From the NCBI GenBank assembly GCA_964016885.1, contig OZ024741.1, positions 98,704,001 to 98,768,000 of the forward strand: a DNA stretch of 64,000 bases, read 5' to 3'. Position numbers and translations under genes: made by a program. The notes under the pieces are model-generated. The model saw nothing but the letters and a program-made list of their open reading frames with translations. It made no database searches and was not told the origin of the DNA. Of this stretch, positions 12,781-26,074 are shown in pieces. Source of the stretch: Eledone cirrhosa. Taxonomy: Eukaryota. How positions within the stretch are numbered: position 1 is the stretch's first letter; every line of letters begins with the position of its first letter.

Positions 12781-15700
12781 AGTCAACACGATCAGTTGCA
12801 TATTTTGGCGTGGGAGACTATTTATTAAATTTAAGATGAATACTATCTCCGACAGTAATGTCACAACTACAGTCATGTTGAATAACTGGTTATTCTTCAA
12901 ACTATATCTTTTGAAGACACCTTTTATTCGAATTCGTAGAGATATCCAACTAAATATATAATTCATTTTACAAGGATTTGCTACAAACAGCATGGCTGAA
13001 CACAACATCAACAACAAAATTAAGGAAGTATCGAAGATAAACAACGAGAAAGGTAAACAAAATTTATTCAGTTGTAGCTACAGAAGAAACGGAAATTATA
13101 AATCGCATTTCTCTTGGAGTTGCGAACTTAATGATGATTTATTTAATTGTTATAAAATGGCAAAAAACAATCCCTCCATTGGCTATATGAACAGAATGAA
13201 GCTACACTGGGACGAAATGCACCCAGAGCAAAATTATTTCACAGCGAAACAATTACGCCAACAAGCGACGATTGTTGAACGTAATAATAAGGTAAATATT
13301 ATTAATTGTAAGTCCCCCACAAGAAACATGGGATCAACAACACGTGCAACAGGACGCCATGCTACTAGACTTCCTAGCAGCCAGGTCGAACAGTACCTTG
13401 AAACAACTTGGCACCACGTTTACCATCTAAGTCTACCTCAAATGCTGGGGAAAACACTATCGATAATAATAATAATCGAAGAAATTTGACACCACATGTA
13501 GCACCCGAGCATACCTCGACTATTGTGGAAAATACTATCGATAATGATAATAATCAAAAGTATAAACAATAAAAAATTTCCCTCAACGAAATCTTCCAGA
13601 GAGAAATTAATTCATTCTCTCTTGTTGAACTTATTAAAACGACAATATTTAATAAAAAGCCAAATAATGAAATATTACGTGTTATTGACGAAATAGGGGA
13701 TGAATATTTACGACGGATAAAATCCCCAACATTTTGTCAAGTCAACGCCTGTTTATATGCCTTAGCAACGACAGTAAAGGATTATCTTGGTGATAGCAGA
13801 GATATTAACAAGAACAAAACACCACCAAAAATACCATCATATATAACTAAAATAGAAAAAAAGATTGCTGACCTACGAAAAACCATAGGATATGTGACAA
13901 TGCTCCTTACATGCAAACAAACAAAAAAACCTCATTCCTCACCAACAAAGAGTGAAAAATAAAATAGAGACGATGTTTGGTAACAGTAGAACCAGAACTC
14001 TTCAATATAAGCTAATCACCCTCAAACAAGAATTGAGAGCTGTTAGCGAAAAACGCCGATACCTGAAGAGGGTAGATGAAAGAAAAGTGCTTAATAAAAG
14101 ATTCAGACGAAACCAAACATCAGTCTATAGAGATATGAAGGTCAAAATAATAAGTGTCACTGAGGCCCCATCCCAGAAAGATATAGATTCCTTTTGGAGA
14201 AAAATGTGGGATGAAAAGAAGAATTTCTACCAAGATGCAGTAGGCTAAAATAAATCTGAAAGAACTATTGCTCGTAAACTACAACAAAAACATACGAAAT
14301 AAGTTAGGGTACCCTTGAGACTGTGATAGGAAAACTCCAAGATAAGAAAACATCAGGAAGAGACATGATTGTCGGCTATGGAACAAAAAACTGATATTCT
14401 ATCGGAGGTATCTTACTGACCTCTACCAACAAGTTCTTAATGGAGATACACTTATAACAGAATGGGTGACATTAGCACAAACATTACTGGTCCCCAAGAA
14501 CGAAGACACCCACTTGGCAAAAAACTACCGACCCATTGCATGCCAGAACCTGATGTATAAGATATATACAGCCTGCCTGAACCTATTCCTTCAAGATCAC
14601 TGTGAAAATAATAACATCATCACAGATGCTCAAGCAGCTGGAAAGAAAGGGGCTTGAGGATGTGCTGAACAACTCCTAATCAACAAAACTGCGATGTCGG
14701 AGGTGCGACAAGTTAGGAGGAATATGGCTACAGTCTGGCTGGACTACAGGAAAGCTTTCGATTCTGTTCCCCACTCTTGGATGATAGAGGCCCTCTAACT
14801 TGCTAAAGTCCCAGACATTATCATCAGAGCCATAGTGAAGCTGTCTTCTAGGGCTACCATCCTAAGAGAGGGAGGACTCTATTTTCACTGATAAAATAAA
14901 ATATCACAGGGGTATATTTCAGGGAGACAGTCTCTCTGTGATATTATTCATCCTGTCATTAAACCCCTTGTCTTTTCTGCTCAAGAAATGTGATGGATAC
15001 ATCATTGGCTCACAGGAGGACAGAAATACGAGCCTAACTCATAATTTCTTTGTGGATGATCTGAAACTCTATGCCAAGAACATGGATGGGATGAGAAAAA
15101 TCTTCACCTGGTTACAACGTTCTCAAAGGATATAGGAATGGAGTTTGGCCAAGATAAATGCTCATATATGACTGTAAAGCGGGGGAAAAACAACAACCCA
15201 ATCTAGCAACATTGTCATCAATGGCCTAAAAGTTTCACTGATATCTAATGAGGACTGCTACAGATACCTGGAGATAGATGAGAACATATCCTATAATGGT
15301 ATCTGGAATAAGGAACGCGTAACCAGGGAATATTACACCCGATTAAGAAAGATTTGGTCATCGGAACTCTCTGCGCAAAACAAAACAGTGGCTCACAATG
15401 TGTTTGCTGTGCCTGTTTGGAATACTCAATTGGACGATAGACGAAATCCGAGCAGTTGATGTTAGAACTCGAAAAATACTAACAACACCGGAAACTTCCA
15501 CATCAACAGTGACATAGACCACCTTTTCTTGAAACGTAAGCAGGGAGGCAGAGGCCTAACATCAGTCCAGACAGAATTTGAATGTCGCATCATATCCCTC
15601 CGACAACATCTACGAACCGCGAATCATAGGAGCCTGTCTCTCGAACAAGTCTATGCGCATGAAACAGATAAGATCATGAGAGTTGAGAAGGAACTCCTCG

Positions 15701-16680
15701 AGAGATATTCTCTGTGTGATAATCAAAAACTTACACCCAGGGAAGCCACTCAGCAGTATCGCAGTGAATCCATGGATGAAAAGCTGCATGCTTATCAGCA
15801 AAATATCATGCATAGATATGTTGCCATGTCTTGGACCAACAACTGCTATATTGCCTCCCACTTTGAAGGATACGCTTTTGCAATCCAAGAACAGGCGATT
15901 AACACGAAATACCTGATCCACAAAAGAGATAGGGATGCAGGCAAAACACCTAGATGTGATAACAAGTGCAGACTCTGCAGAATTAACATCGAGGATATCA
16001 CCCATGTCATCAGCAGCTATCCAAAGATGTCATCGCGGTACTATCTACCTATGAGGCATGATGTAGTGGCCAAAACACTGTATGATGCAATCCGTAGAAA
16101 AGATAGCCCGATAATAGACACATTAAAAACTACAGCAATATGGAAGACATCCATGTACATAATATGAGTACTGGTGGAATGTTCCAGTAAAAACCCCAAT
16201 AAAATGCAGGCATAACAGACCAGATATTATGGTATGGGACAGGGAGAAGAAATCATGCACAGTAGTGGAAATTAGCTGCCCAGCAGATACCAATATAATA
16301 TCAAAGATTAGCGAAAAGGAGAATATTTATGCAGAACTGATGATATCTGCAGATATTCCACCCTGATTATACCTTCAGATTTATGCCTGTGATTATTGGG
16401 GCACTGTTCCATTGGTGGAACGGTAAAAATATGTAAAACATTCAAAAAGCTTTGCATCTAATAACTGCATATACACATGTACAGATGCAAAGCATATACA
16501 CATGCACACACACAACTCAAAACATCCACATCCACTAACATCCATATCTACACATGCGCTGCATACATAACCTACGTACTTGCTGTTGTGTAAATTCCAA
16601 TGAGAGAGTCTTGTGTCTATGTTAGAAAGCCACTCTCTCTCTCAATTGGTAAAGATTTGTGAAATTATAATACCAGGAGA
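12781..16680 (+). mobile_element. Near full-length decayed R4/Dong-clade non-LTR retrotransposon (RT + CCHC + RLE)
   Basis: RT motifs NYRPIAC, WLDYRKAFDSVPHSW, GIFQGDSLS, FVDDLKLY; zinc knuckle CRLC..E..THV; RLE HNRPDI.VWD..VE..CP. Many stops and frameshifts. Confidence 0.9.
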
Positions 16681-16699
16681 ACATACATACGTACATATA

Positions 16700-16890
16700 T
16701 AATTATTTCTATTTGTGGCACAAGGCCGGCAATTATTCCAGTGCATTACTGGTACTTTATTTTATCGACCCCGTAAGGATGAAAGACAAAGTTAACTTCG
16801 GCGGGATTTGAACTCAGACCAGAAAGAGCCGTAACTCTTTGCTGCAAAGCATGGCGTCCGACCCTCTACTGATACTGCCAATCCACCGCC
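16700..16890 (-). mobile_element. tRNA-derived SINE
   Basis: Near-identical reverse complement of 57590-57780; A box tggcagtatc and B box gagttcaaatcc on the minus strand. Confidence 0.9.
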
Positions 16891-16905
16891 ATACATACAT
16901 GCATA

Positions 16906-17465
16906 ATGATATGGGACAGGGAGAAGAAAGCATGCAGAGTAGTGGAAGTTAGCTGCCCAGCAGATGCCAATATAATATCAAAGATTAGCGAAAAGGAGAA
17001 TATTTATGCCGAACTAATGAGAAATCTTCAGATACTCCACCCTGATTACACCTTCAGATTTATGCCTGTGATTATTGGGGCACTGAGGTATGTTAGTAAC
17101 TGCCTCAATACAAATCTTGAGAAGCTAGTCTTCACAGGAACAGAAAGAACACAACTAATTAGGAAATTACAAGTACAATTCGTTAATGGAACAGTAAAAA
17201 TATGTAAAACATTCCAAAAATTATGCATCTAATAACTGCATGTACACATGTACAGATACAACACATATGTACGTGCACACATTTAACTCAAAACATACAC
17301 ATCCACACATTCAATAATATCCATACCTGCAAATGTATGCATGCAAACATGAATATATATCTACCTAGTTGTTGTGTAAAATCCAATGACAGAGTCTTGT
17401 ATCTATGTTAGAAACCTACTCTCTCTCTATGGGTAAGAAATTATATAATCATAAAATCAGAAGAA
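16906..17465 (+). mobile_element. 5'-truncated second R4/Dong copy (RLE end + 3'UTR)
   Basis: IWDREKKACRVVEVSCPAD..EKENIYAEL..PVIIGAL; homologous to 16228-16680. Confidence 0.9.
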
Positions 17466-17714
17466 CATACATACATATTACTGAGTACATTTCAAGTTCA
17501 GAAATGACTGCGTCTGCCTCTGTGTTTTTATTTGTGAAGTGGTGGGTGAAAATTTTATCAAGTCAAGATTAATGAAATCAATAGTGTAACAAATCAAAAT
17601 TTATGACAGTCTGCAAGCTTTAACTAAGTAATGAAATGCATGACGCGTATTCGGCAATCAACTCTTTCGGCTACATAGATCCCTTTATTTAGCATACCAG
17701 TTGAATTATTGGTA

Positions 17715-17900
17715 TCTAATTTTGGCACAAGTCAAGTAATTTGATCGATATAAACGAACCGTTTCCTGTTTAATTTTTCGACCCCGAATGGATGAAAAGC
17801 AGATTTAACCTCGGATGTATTTCATCTTATAACATAAAGATCCGCAACAAATAACTGAAAGCATTTTATCCGAGTCTATAATAATTCTACCAATCCACAA
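17715..17900 (-). mobile_element. Diverged SINE
   Basis: ttttggcacaag..cgaccccgaatggatgaaaagc..ttaacctcgg. Confidence 0.7.
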
Positions 17901-17929
17901 GGTGTGTTTAAAGTATGTCAAGTAATCAA

Positions 17930-18040
17930 TGGATGCATGACCAAGGGATTATGAAGCTAGCTTCCAAATCACTAGTTTCCACGTTCGATTTCCACGGGGG
18001 GACACTCTGCGCATGTGTTTCCTTCTATAGACTCGAGTGG
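17930..18040 (+). mobile_element. Diverged head of a second tRNA-derived SINE family
   Basis: gaagctagcttcc..gttcgatttccac..cttctatag resembles, from recall, a common octopus SINE head; B-box-like gttcgatt. Confidence 0.45.
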
Positions 18041-18534
18041 AACCAGATATATGATAGTATAGGAAACTGAGTTGTTGGTGTATATATCTTAGTCAGCTCT
18101 GATTGAGAAAAAATAAGACGAAAGACACTTTTTCCCCTCCAGGCTTCATACATTGGCAGGAGAGCCGTAAACCTGATGTAGCAAGCGAGATGTTGCGGCG
18201 AGAATTTCAATTTGGACCCTAAATTAATGCTGTTCAATACTACAATATATATTTCATGTATTTTTCGAAAGTAAAGGAGAAAAGAATGTAATCGATTTGC
18301 TTGAACTGCAGCTTATTACTACTGCCTACTTTGACAATTTGGTCGGTGGAATGGAACGAGAAAGCTGAAACTAGATTTAGAAGTACAATATCGTCAAAAG
18401 TTAGTTGAGTGCAATTGAAAGCAAATTTCAAACTAGGGCACGAATGTACACTGCCATCACATAAATATTATCTACCATATCTTTAACACCCTTTAATACT
18501 GCCAACACAGCACAGATACTTAGACACAGATTCC

Positions 18535-18586
<52 letters not shown>

Positions 18587-18910
18587 CTTGCAAATGTTCA
18601 CACATATATTAAATCATTTATACACATAGTTTTCCCTAAAAGCAGACAGACTACATCAAAAGCAACAAAACAACAGTAAAATAGAAAAGAAGATAAATCA
18701 CAGACAATGGTGAAGAATTGTATCTGCAGTGTTCCTATTGTATCACGTGTGTTGTGAGCGAAATATGGTTTAGTTTAGTTGTCGTTTAACCCTGATTGGT
18801 AAGTCTCAAGAAAAAAATATCACAAAAGTTAATTGATTTTTACCATTCTACTACTTTAACAGCTCAGTAATAAAGACAATAATTAACCATAAATACGCCA
18901 TTATATATAT

Positions 18911-19079
18911 TGGCAGTATCGGTAGGGCGCCATGCTTTGCAGCATAGAGTTATGCCCCTTTACAGTCTGAGTTCAAATCCCGCCGAGATTAACTTTGCCT
19001 TTCATCCTTACGGGGTCGATAAAATAAAGTACCAGAAATACACTGAGATAACTGGTGGTCTTGTGCAAGAAGTAGAAAC

Positions 19080-19084
<5 letters not shown>
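18911..19084 (+). mobile_element. tRNA-derived SINE
   Basis: tggcagtatcggt (A box), gagttcaaatcccgcc (B box), gcctttcatccttacggggtcgataaa core. Confidence 0.9.
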
Positions 19085-19114
<30 letters not shown>

Positions 19115-19255
19115 CATATATATTACGCTAAATATAAGTTTTAAAGAATTCCCTTTTCTTTAAATCCATCAACCAATGAAATCCACCCATGCCAATCACC
19201 ATCCTCTCCTACCACCAGAAAAGGAAAAGATGCCACCATATTACTCGGACAGTCA

Positions 19256-19304
19256 GCTTCCTGATGATTTCGCCCGAATGAATCAGTTCTAGTCCTCTAG
19301 AAGC
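19256..19304 (+). ncRNA. Family B hammerhead, mutated (GAAA>GAAU)
   Basis: gcttc-ctgatga-tttcgcccgaat-gaat-cag..ctct-a-gaagc. Confidence 0.65.
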
Positions 19305-19497
19305 CATTTCTATATTATATATATATATAATTAGCGTATATATAAATTATATGGCGCATGATTCTGATATTTTCAGACATGACATCCTTAATATAATTTT
19401 GGTACTATATATATATATATAAATATATATATATGTATGTATAAATATATATATATATGTATATATATATATTTATTTATATATATTTATTTATATA

Positions 19498-19564
<67 letters not shown>

Positions 19565-19612
19565 AAATATATATATGTATAAATATATATATGTATATAT
19601 ATATATGTCTAA

Positions 19613-19643
<31 letters not shown>

Positions 19644-19802
19644 GTTAAAAGAATAGAGGTGTAACACACAAGTTATTATATATTGGTAAACGGAATAGAA
19701 AATGCTGACAAATTGTTCACAGTTGAAAAATGGTTTAATTAGGAATAAAAGAGTATTAGTGATTGTATGGGTTAGTATTCAGTTGTGGTTTTAAGTTTTT
19801 AA

Positions 19803-19842
19803 GTTTTTACCGGTTGCGCATTTCTAAATGCTTTTCAAAAAT
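19803..19842 (-). ncRNA. Minimal hammerhead-like motif with U3:A8 core and mutated GAAA
   Basis: Minus strand: tt-ttgaaaa-gcattt ag aaatgc-gcaa-ccggt-a-aaaa. Confidence 0.45.
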
Positions 19843-19903
19843 AATTTTGAGATAGAGTGTCCGTGCTGTTTGCTCTGATCTGATTAGTTTTGGGAATTCT
19901 ACC

Positions 19904-20130
19904 TGTTTTTATGTTAAAAAAGTGGCTCCAGCGTTATTTTTGTGTTGCAAAAATGCTTGTGGTCAAAACAATTTTGATTGGTCGGTAGAGATCATGTGAA
20001 TGTAAAAAGTTGCTTTTGCGCCAAGACTGTTTTTATGTTAAAAAAGTGGCTCCAGCAAAAATTATTGGTCAAAACAATTTTGATTGGTCGGTAGAGGTCA
20101 TGTGGATAAAAAATTGGTTTTGCGCCAAGA
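19904..20130. repeat. ~124 bp tandem duplication
   Basis: tgtttttatgttaaaaaagtggctccagc at ~19904 and ~20028. Confidence 0.8.
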
Positions 20131-20173
20131 TTGAGAAATGACTCTTTCACAACAAATATGTGTGTGTGTGTGT

Positions 20174-20247
<74 letters not shown>

Positions 20248-20860
20248 TAGTAGTAGTAAGGTGTTCGATGCTGCGACAATGGCCAGCAGCGATGTGTGTC
20301 AAATGGCTATTAAGATAAGTGTGTGTGTGTGTGTGTGTGTGTCTGTGTATAGCAGAGTAATTCGAAACTCAGTAAGAATGTGTCTGAAAGCAATGGGGGG
20401 TATTTTAGCATGTCAAAAGATATTTTTCATCTTTTGTCTTATACGGAGAAGTGCGTGTGTGTGTGTGTGTGTATAAGTCTCTTTGTATGTTGATGTACGC
20501 GTGTGTATGTGTTTGTATATATATGTGTGGGGGGGGGGGGGGGGGGGCCAGTATTTTTTCCCCCTGGTAAAATGGTGTACATTATTCGATTTTTTCAGTA
20601 AAATCGGTTCTCTTAATAGAACATCAAAAATCTTAACAATAAAAGGTGTGAAATGATATTCACTATATATATATACACATACATATATTCACTACATATA
20701 TATATATATATACATATATACATACATATATATGCACATATATTTTCTTGTATTGCACCATAGAGCATGTGTGTTTACGTGTGTCATTGTGTTTATATGT
20801 GGGTAGAGATGTGTGCTGATGTAGGTATGTATGTTGACGTGTGTATGTTGTGGGTTCGTC

Positions 20861-20998
20861 TTAGGGAGAAGTGTTTAGACGGGGTCCGTATTTGTTAATG
20901 AAGTAAGATTCCTTGCTGATGCGCTGGGTGTGGGTGGCATTATCTCTAAATTTGTAGAGGGGAAAGATTCTGAAGTTGGGATGATTTTGGGCGGCACA
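20861..20998 (-). pseudogene. PLE GIY-YIG endonuclease C-terminal fragment
   Basis: CAAQNHPNFRIFPLYKFRDNATHTQRISKESYFINKYGPRLNTSP* fits the R..KE..FI....P.LN ending. Confidence 0.65.
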
Positions 20999-21044
20999 GG
21001 TATCAATGTGTTCACTCAGTGGTATTTTCCTGTATTCCAATTAA

Positions 21045-21149
21045 AATACGGGAAAGATACAGAAGCGAAAACGAACCAAAAAGTGAATGTGTTCTATTAT
21101 TAATTTTGGCAATATTATTACAACAATATGACCCTCCCCAAGTATAACT
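21045..21149 (+). mobile_element. 3' pLTR end of the PLE family at 46420-48937
   Basis: cagaagcgaaaa..ttattaattttggcaatatta..atatgaccctccccaagtataac followed by TA. Confidence 0.8.
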
Positions 21150-21219
21150 ATATTTATATTTATTTATAAATATATATATATATATATGTTTTCTCTTTTA
21201 TACTATATATATATATATA

Positions 21220-22270
21220 GTATAAAAGAGAGAACATAGGTAAGCATTAAGAGAAGGATTTTATCCAGGTATTTACGACCGTTTCATTGGTAAGTGCAAC
21301 CTTATATTGCTATACTGCAAATAGCAGACACTCAAATATAATTGTTGTTCACAGTCCAAATTTTCAAAATAGTAAGTTACTCTTGCAATAATTCTTAATA
21401 TATAGAGAAAAACATTTATTTGGAATTGTATTTACTAGTATAGAGAGAGAGGAATCAGAAGGTGAGGGGACAAACGGAATAGTATAGAGAGAGGGGAAGG
21501 GGGAAGAGGTAGGAAGTAGAGTGACAAACTGATGGAGGGAGGGGTAGAGGTGGAACAGATCAAGGTCGCATAATCGACAGCTTCTCATACCACTCCGTTC
21601 GATAATTTTTTTCACTTCAGGGTGTATTGATGGTTACTTTCCCTCAGTTGCCAGGTCTTGTTTGCAAGGGTAGTTACATAACGATGCTGGGAATGTTTCA
21701 TTGCGTAACGGTGTGTATACCAACGCGCTTTAAATGTATTCCCAGTCGCTCCGATGTAATACCATTTCTGGTTGTCTAATTCCACTGTGCATTGGTAAAC
21801 CAGGTTAGACTGCATACATTCATTATGTAATGGACAGGTTTCAGGTAGGTGGCAGTTACAGTTCTTGTCATGGGCAACTTTGGCATTATTGGTGGGCTGC
21901 GATGCCTGTACAAGTGTGTTACGTTTTGTTTGCCTATTAGTGGGTGGTTGTGTATTAGATATTCTGTTGTGTTCGATGGTGATTGTATTGTTATTGTTGT
22001 AAATTTGTCTTTTGGTGTTGTTATGTATCTTTTTAGCGTTAAGCATCTTAATGTGTGCCTCTATATTTGGTGCCGTGGAGTAAGATAGTCAATTTATTGC
22101 AAGATTAACTTACTCACTATTTTGAAAATTTGGACTGTGAACAACAATTATATTTGAGTGGCTGCTATTTGCAATCTAGCAATATAAGGTTGCACTTACC
22201 AATGAAACGGTCGTAAATACCTGGATAAAATCCTTCTCTTAATGCTTACCTGTGTTTTCCCTTTTATACT
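21220..22270 (-). mobile_element. 5'-truncated PLE: GIY-YIG fragment between ~175 bp inverted pLTRs
   Basis: CNC....CPL..ECMQSNLVYQC..YYIGATGNTFKARWYTH..CRLC (ORF 21612..22046). 21220-21395 is inverted relative to 22090-22270. Confidence 0.85.
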
Positions 22271-22419
22271 TTATACTCCAAGATTGAACGGAATTCTTAC
22301 AAACTTGTGGAGTTACCTCTAACCGTACGTTGAAACCATCCACGAAACTGACTTTCTTAACCAAGAACTGGATCACAATAAGCAATTTCTTGCTTCTCTA
22401 ACTATATATATATATGCAG

Positions 22420-23003
22420 AGGTTATATTTAATTTGTTGGGATTCAACAAGCTTAAAAAAATGTTTATAACTGATATAAAGCACTCAACAATATATTAAT
22501 AAATGGAAACTATATTTATAAAACCATATTTATTTTATTATATATATTTCAAGACGTATAGAGTTACGGCCCTTGCCATTCTGAGTTCAAATCCCGCCGA
22601 GGTTAACTTTGCCTTTCATCCTTACGGGGTCGATAAAATAAAGTACCAGCAATGTACTGGGTAATTGCTGGCCTTGTACCAAAAGTAGAAACGATTATAT
22701 ATATTTCAAGGGCAACCAAGGCAAATTATGATGCGCTTTCATCAGATAAAATACAAATTTGTTTTATAAATAAATATTGACATACCCGGAAAAAGAAAAA
22801 CTATCTAGGAAAAAAACTATCCAGGAAGCTCCAACCGTTAAGGTTGTCTTCTTTATTTTCCAGGTATGTCAATATTTATTTATAAAACAAACCTGTATTT
22901 TATCTGATGAAAGCGCACCATAATTTGCCTTGGTTGCCCTTGAAATATATATAATAAAATAAATATGGTTTTATAAATATTATTTGCATTTATTAATATA
23001 TTG
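22420..23003. mobile_element. Family A foldback pLTR pair with hammerheads at 22694-22752 (-) and 22897-22960 (+)
   Basis: attttat-ctgatga-aagcgcacca..tggttgccctt-gaaa-tatatat-a-ataaaat plus its inverted copy. Confidence 0.8.
22557..22697 (+). mobile_element. 5'-truncated SINE with ~17 bp target duplication
   Basis: attatatatatttcaag lies on both sides (~22537 and ~22694). Confidence 0.85.
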
Positions 23004-23033
23004 TATATATATATATATTTTTTTAAATTTATT

Positions 23034-23064
<31 letters not shown>

Positions 23065-23475
23065 TTATTTATATATATATATTTTTTTATATTTATTTAT
23101 ATATATAAATATATATATATTTATATTTATTTATATATATAAATATATATATACATATATATATATTTATTTATATATGTAATTATATATATATATATAT
23201 TTATATTTATAAGTATGTGTACATACATACATATATGTATACAGACGCACAGCAGTATGCATATACATACATATATGCATACATATATATAAATGTACGC
23301 ATGGGTTCACCGATATATGTGTGCATGTATGTATGCATATGCATACTGCTGTGCGTCAGTATCAGCCGTACTATGAGTGAGAAATGAAATTTCAGTTTTT
23401 ATATTTATTTATATATAGAAATTTCACTTTTTCCTTTTCTTTATATTTATTTATATATATTTATATTTATTTATC

Positions 23476-23506
<31 letters not shown>

Positions 23507-23742
23507 ATATTTATATGTTTATATATATATATATTTATATATATATATATATTTATATATTTATATATATATATATATATATATTTATATGTATTTATCT
23601 ATATATATATATTTATATATCTATATATAAGTTGAAATAGAATGAAACGAAATTTCATTTCTCACTCTTAGTACGGCACTTACTTAAATGTAAGTATGTA
23701 TGTATACGTACATACATATATGTATACAGACGTACAGTAGTA

Positions 23743-25430
<1,688 letters not shown>

Positions 25431-25478
25431 CAGGTACACATATATATGTACGTATCAGTTTAGCGGACGTTTATTATA

Positions 25479-25765
25479 ACGTCCGCTTTGTCCGTTTGTA
25501 AACAAACGGACAGCGTGATTTATGCCGTACGGTGTTAAGGCAACCACATCACCTTTTTGTTCAACACTGACACAGGAACGATGTACTAGTTTCAAGCTTC
25601 TTAGCTATCATCAGCACCTGGGTATACGGTGCTGATGATAGCTAAGAAGCTTTAAACTAGTACATCGTTCCTGTGTCAGTGTTGAACAAAAAGGTGACGT
25701 GGTTGCCTTAACACCGTACGGCATAAATCAGGCTGTCCGTTTGTTTACAAACGGACAAAGCGGAC

Positions 25766-25767
<2 letters not shown>
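25479..25767. mobile_element. Foldback (140 bp arms) of two head-to-head minimal hammerheads
   Basis: 25580-25618 (-): ggtg-ctgatga-tagct aaga agctt-gaaa-ctagt-a-catc, intact. 25628-25666 (+) is the same motif with GAAA>TAAA. Confidence 0.85.
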
Positions 25768-25821
<54 letters not shown>

Positions 25822-26031
25822 TTATATATATTTATTTATACTTGGGGAGGGACATATTTGTGTAATAGTATTGTCAGAATTAATAACAGAAAACACTCAC
25901 TGTTTGGTTGGTTTTGGCTTCTGTGTCTTTTATATCGGTTAATTTAATTTATTCGGTCCTAAATGTTACCATTGTCTGACCAACGGTCAAAAATACAGAT
26001 ACAATATTGACACAAACACATATATATAGTC

Positions 26032-26074
26032 TGACAAAGTTCTTTCGTTGCACATCTGCAACATCGTCAGTTAT
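26032..26074 (-). ncRNA. Minimal hammerhead core in PLE 3'UTR (copies ~30172-30216 -, 48631-48672 +)
   Basis: ctgacga-t-gttgca gatg tgcaac-gaaa-gaactt; stem I is imperfect. Confidence 0.6.

Noticed and set aside
14655-14657. In-frame TGA codons (also ~29284 in the PLE) as selenocysteine or recoding
   Set aside because: They fall at expected Trp positions in copies with many other lesions, i.e. ordinary decay.
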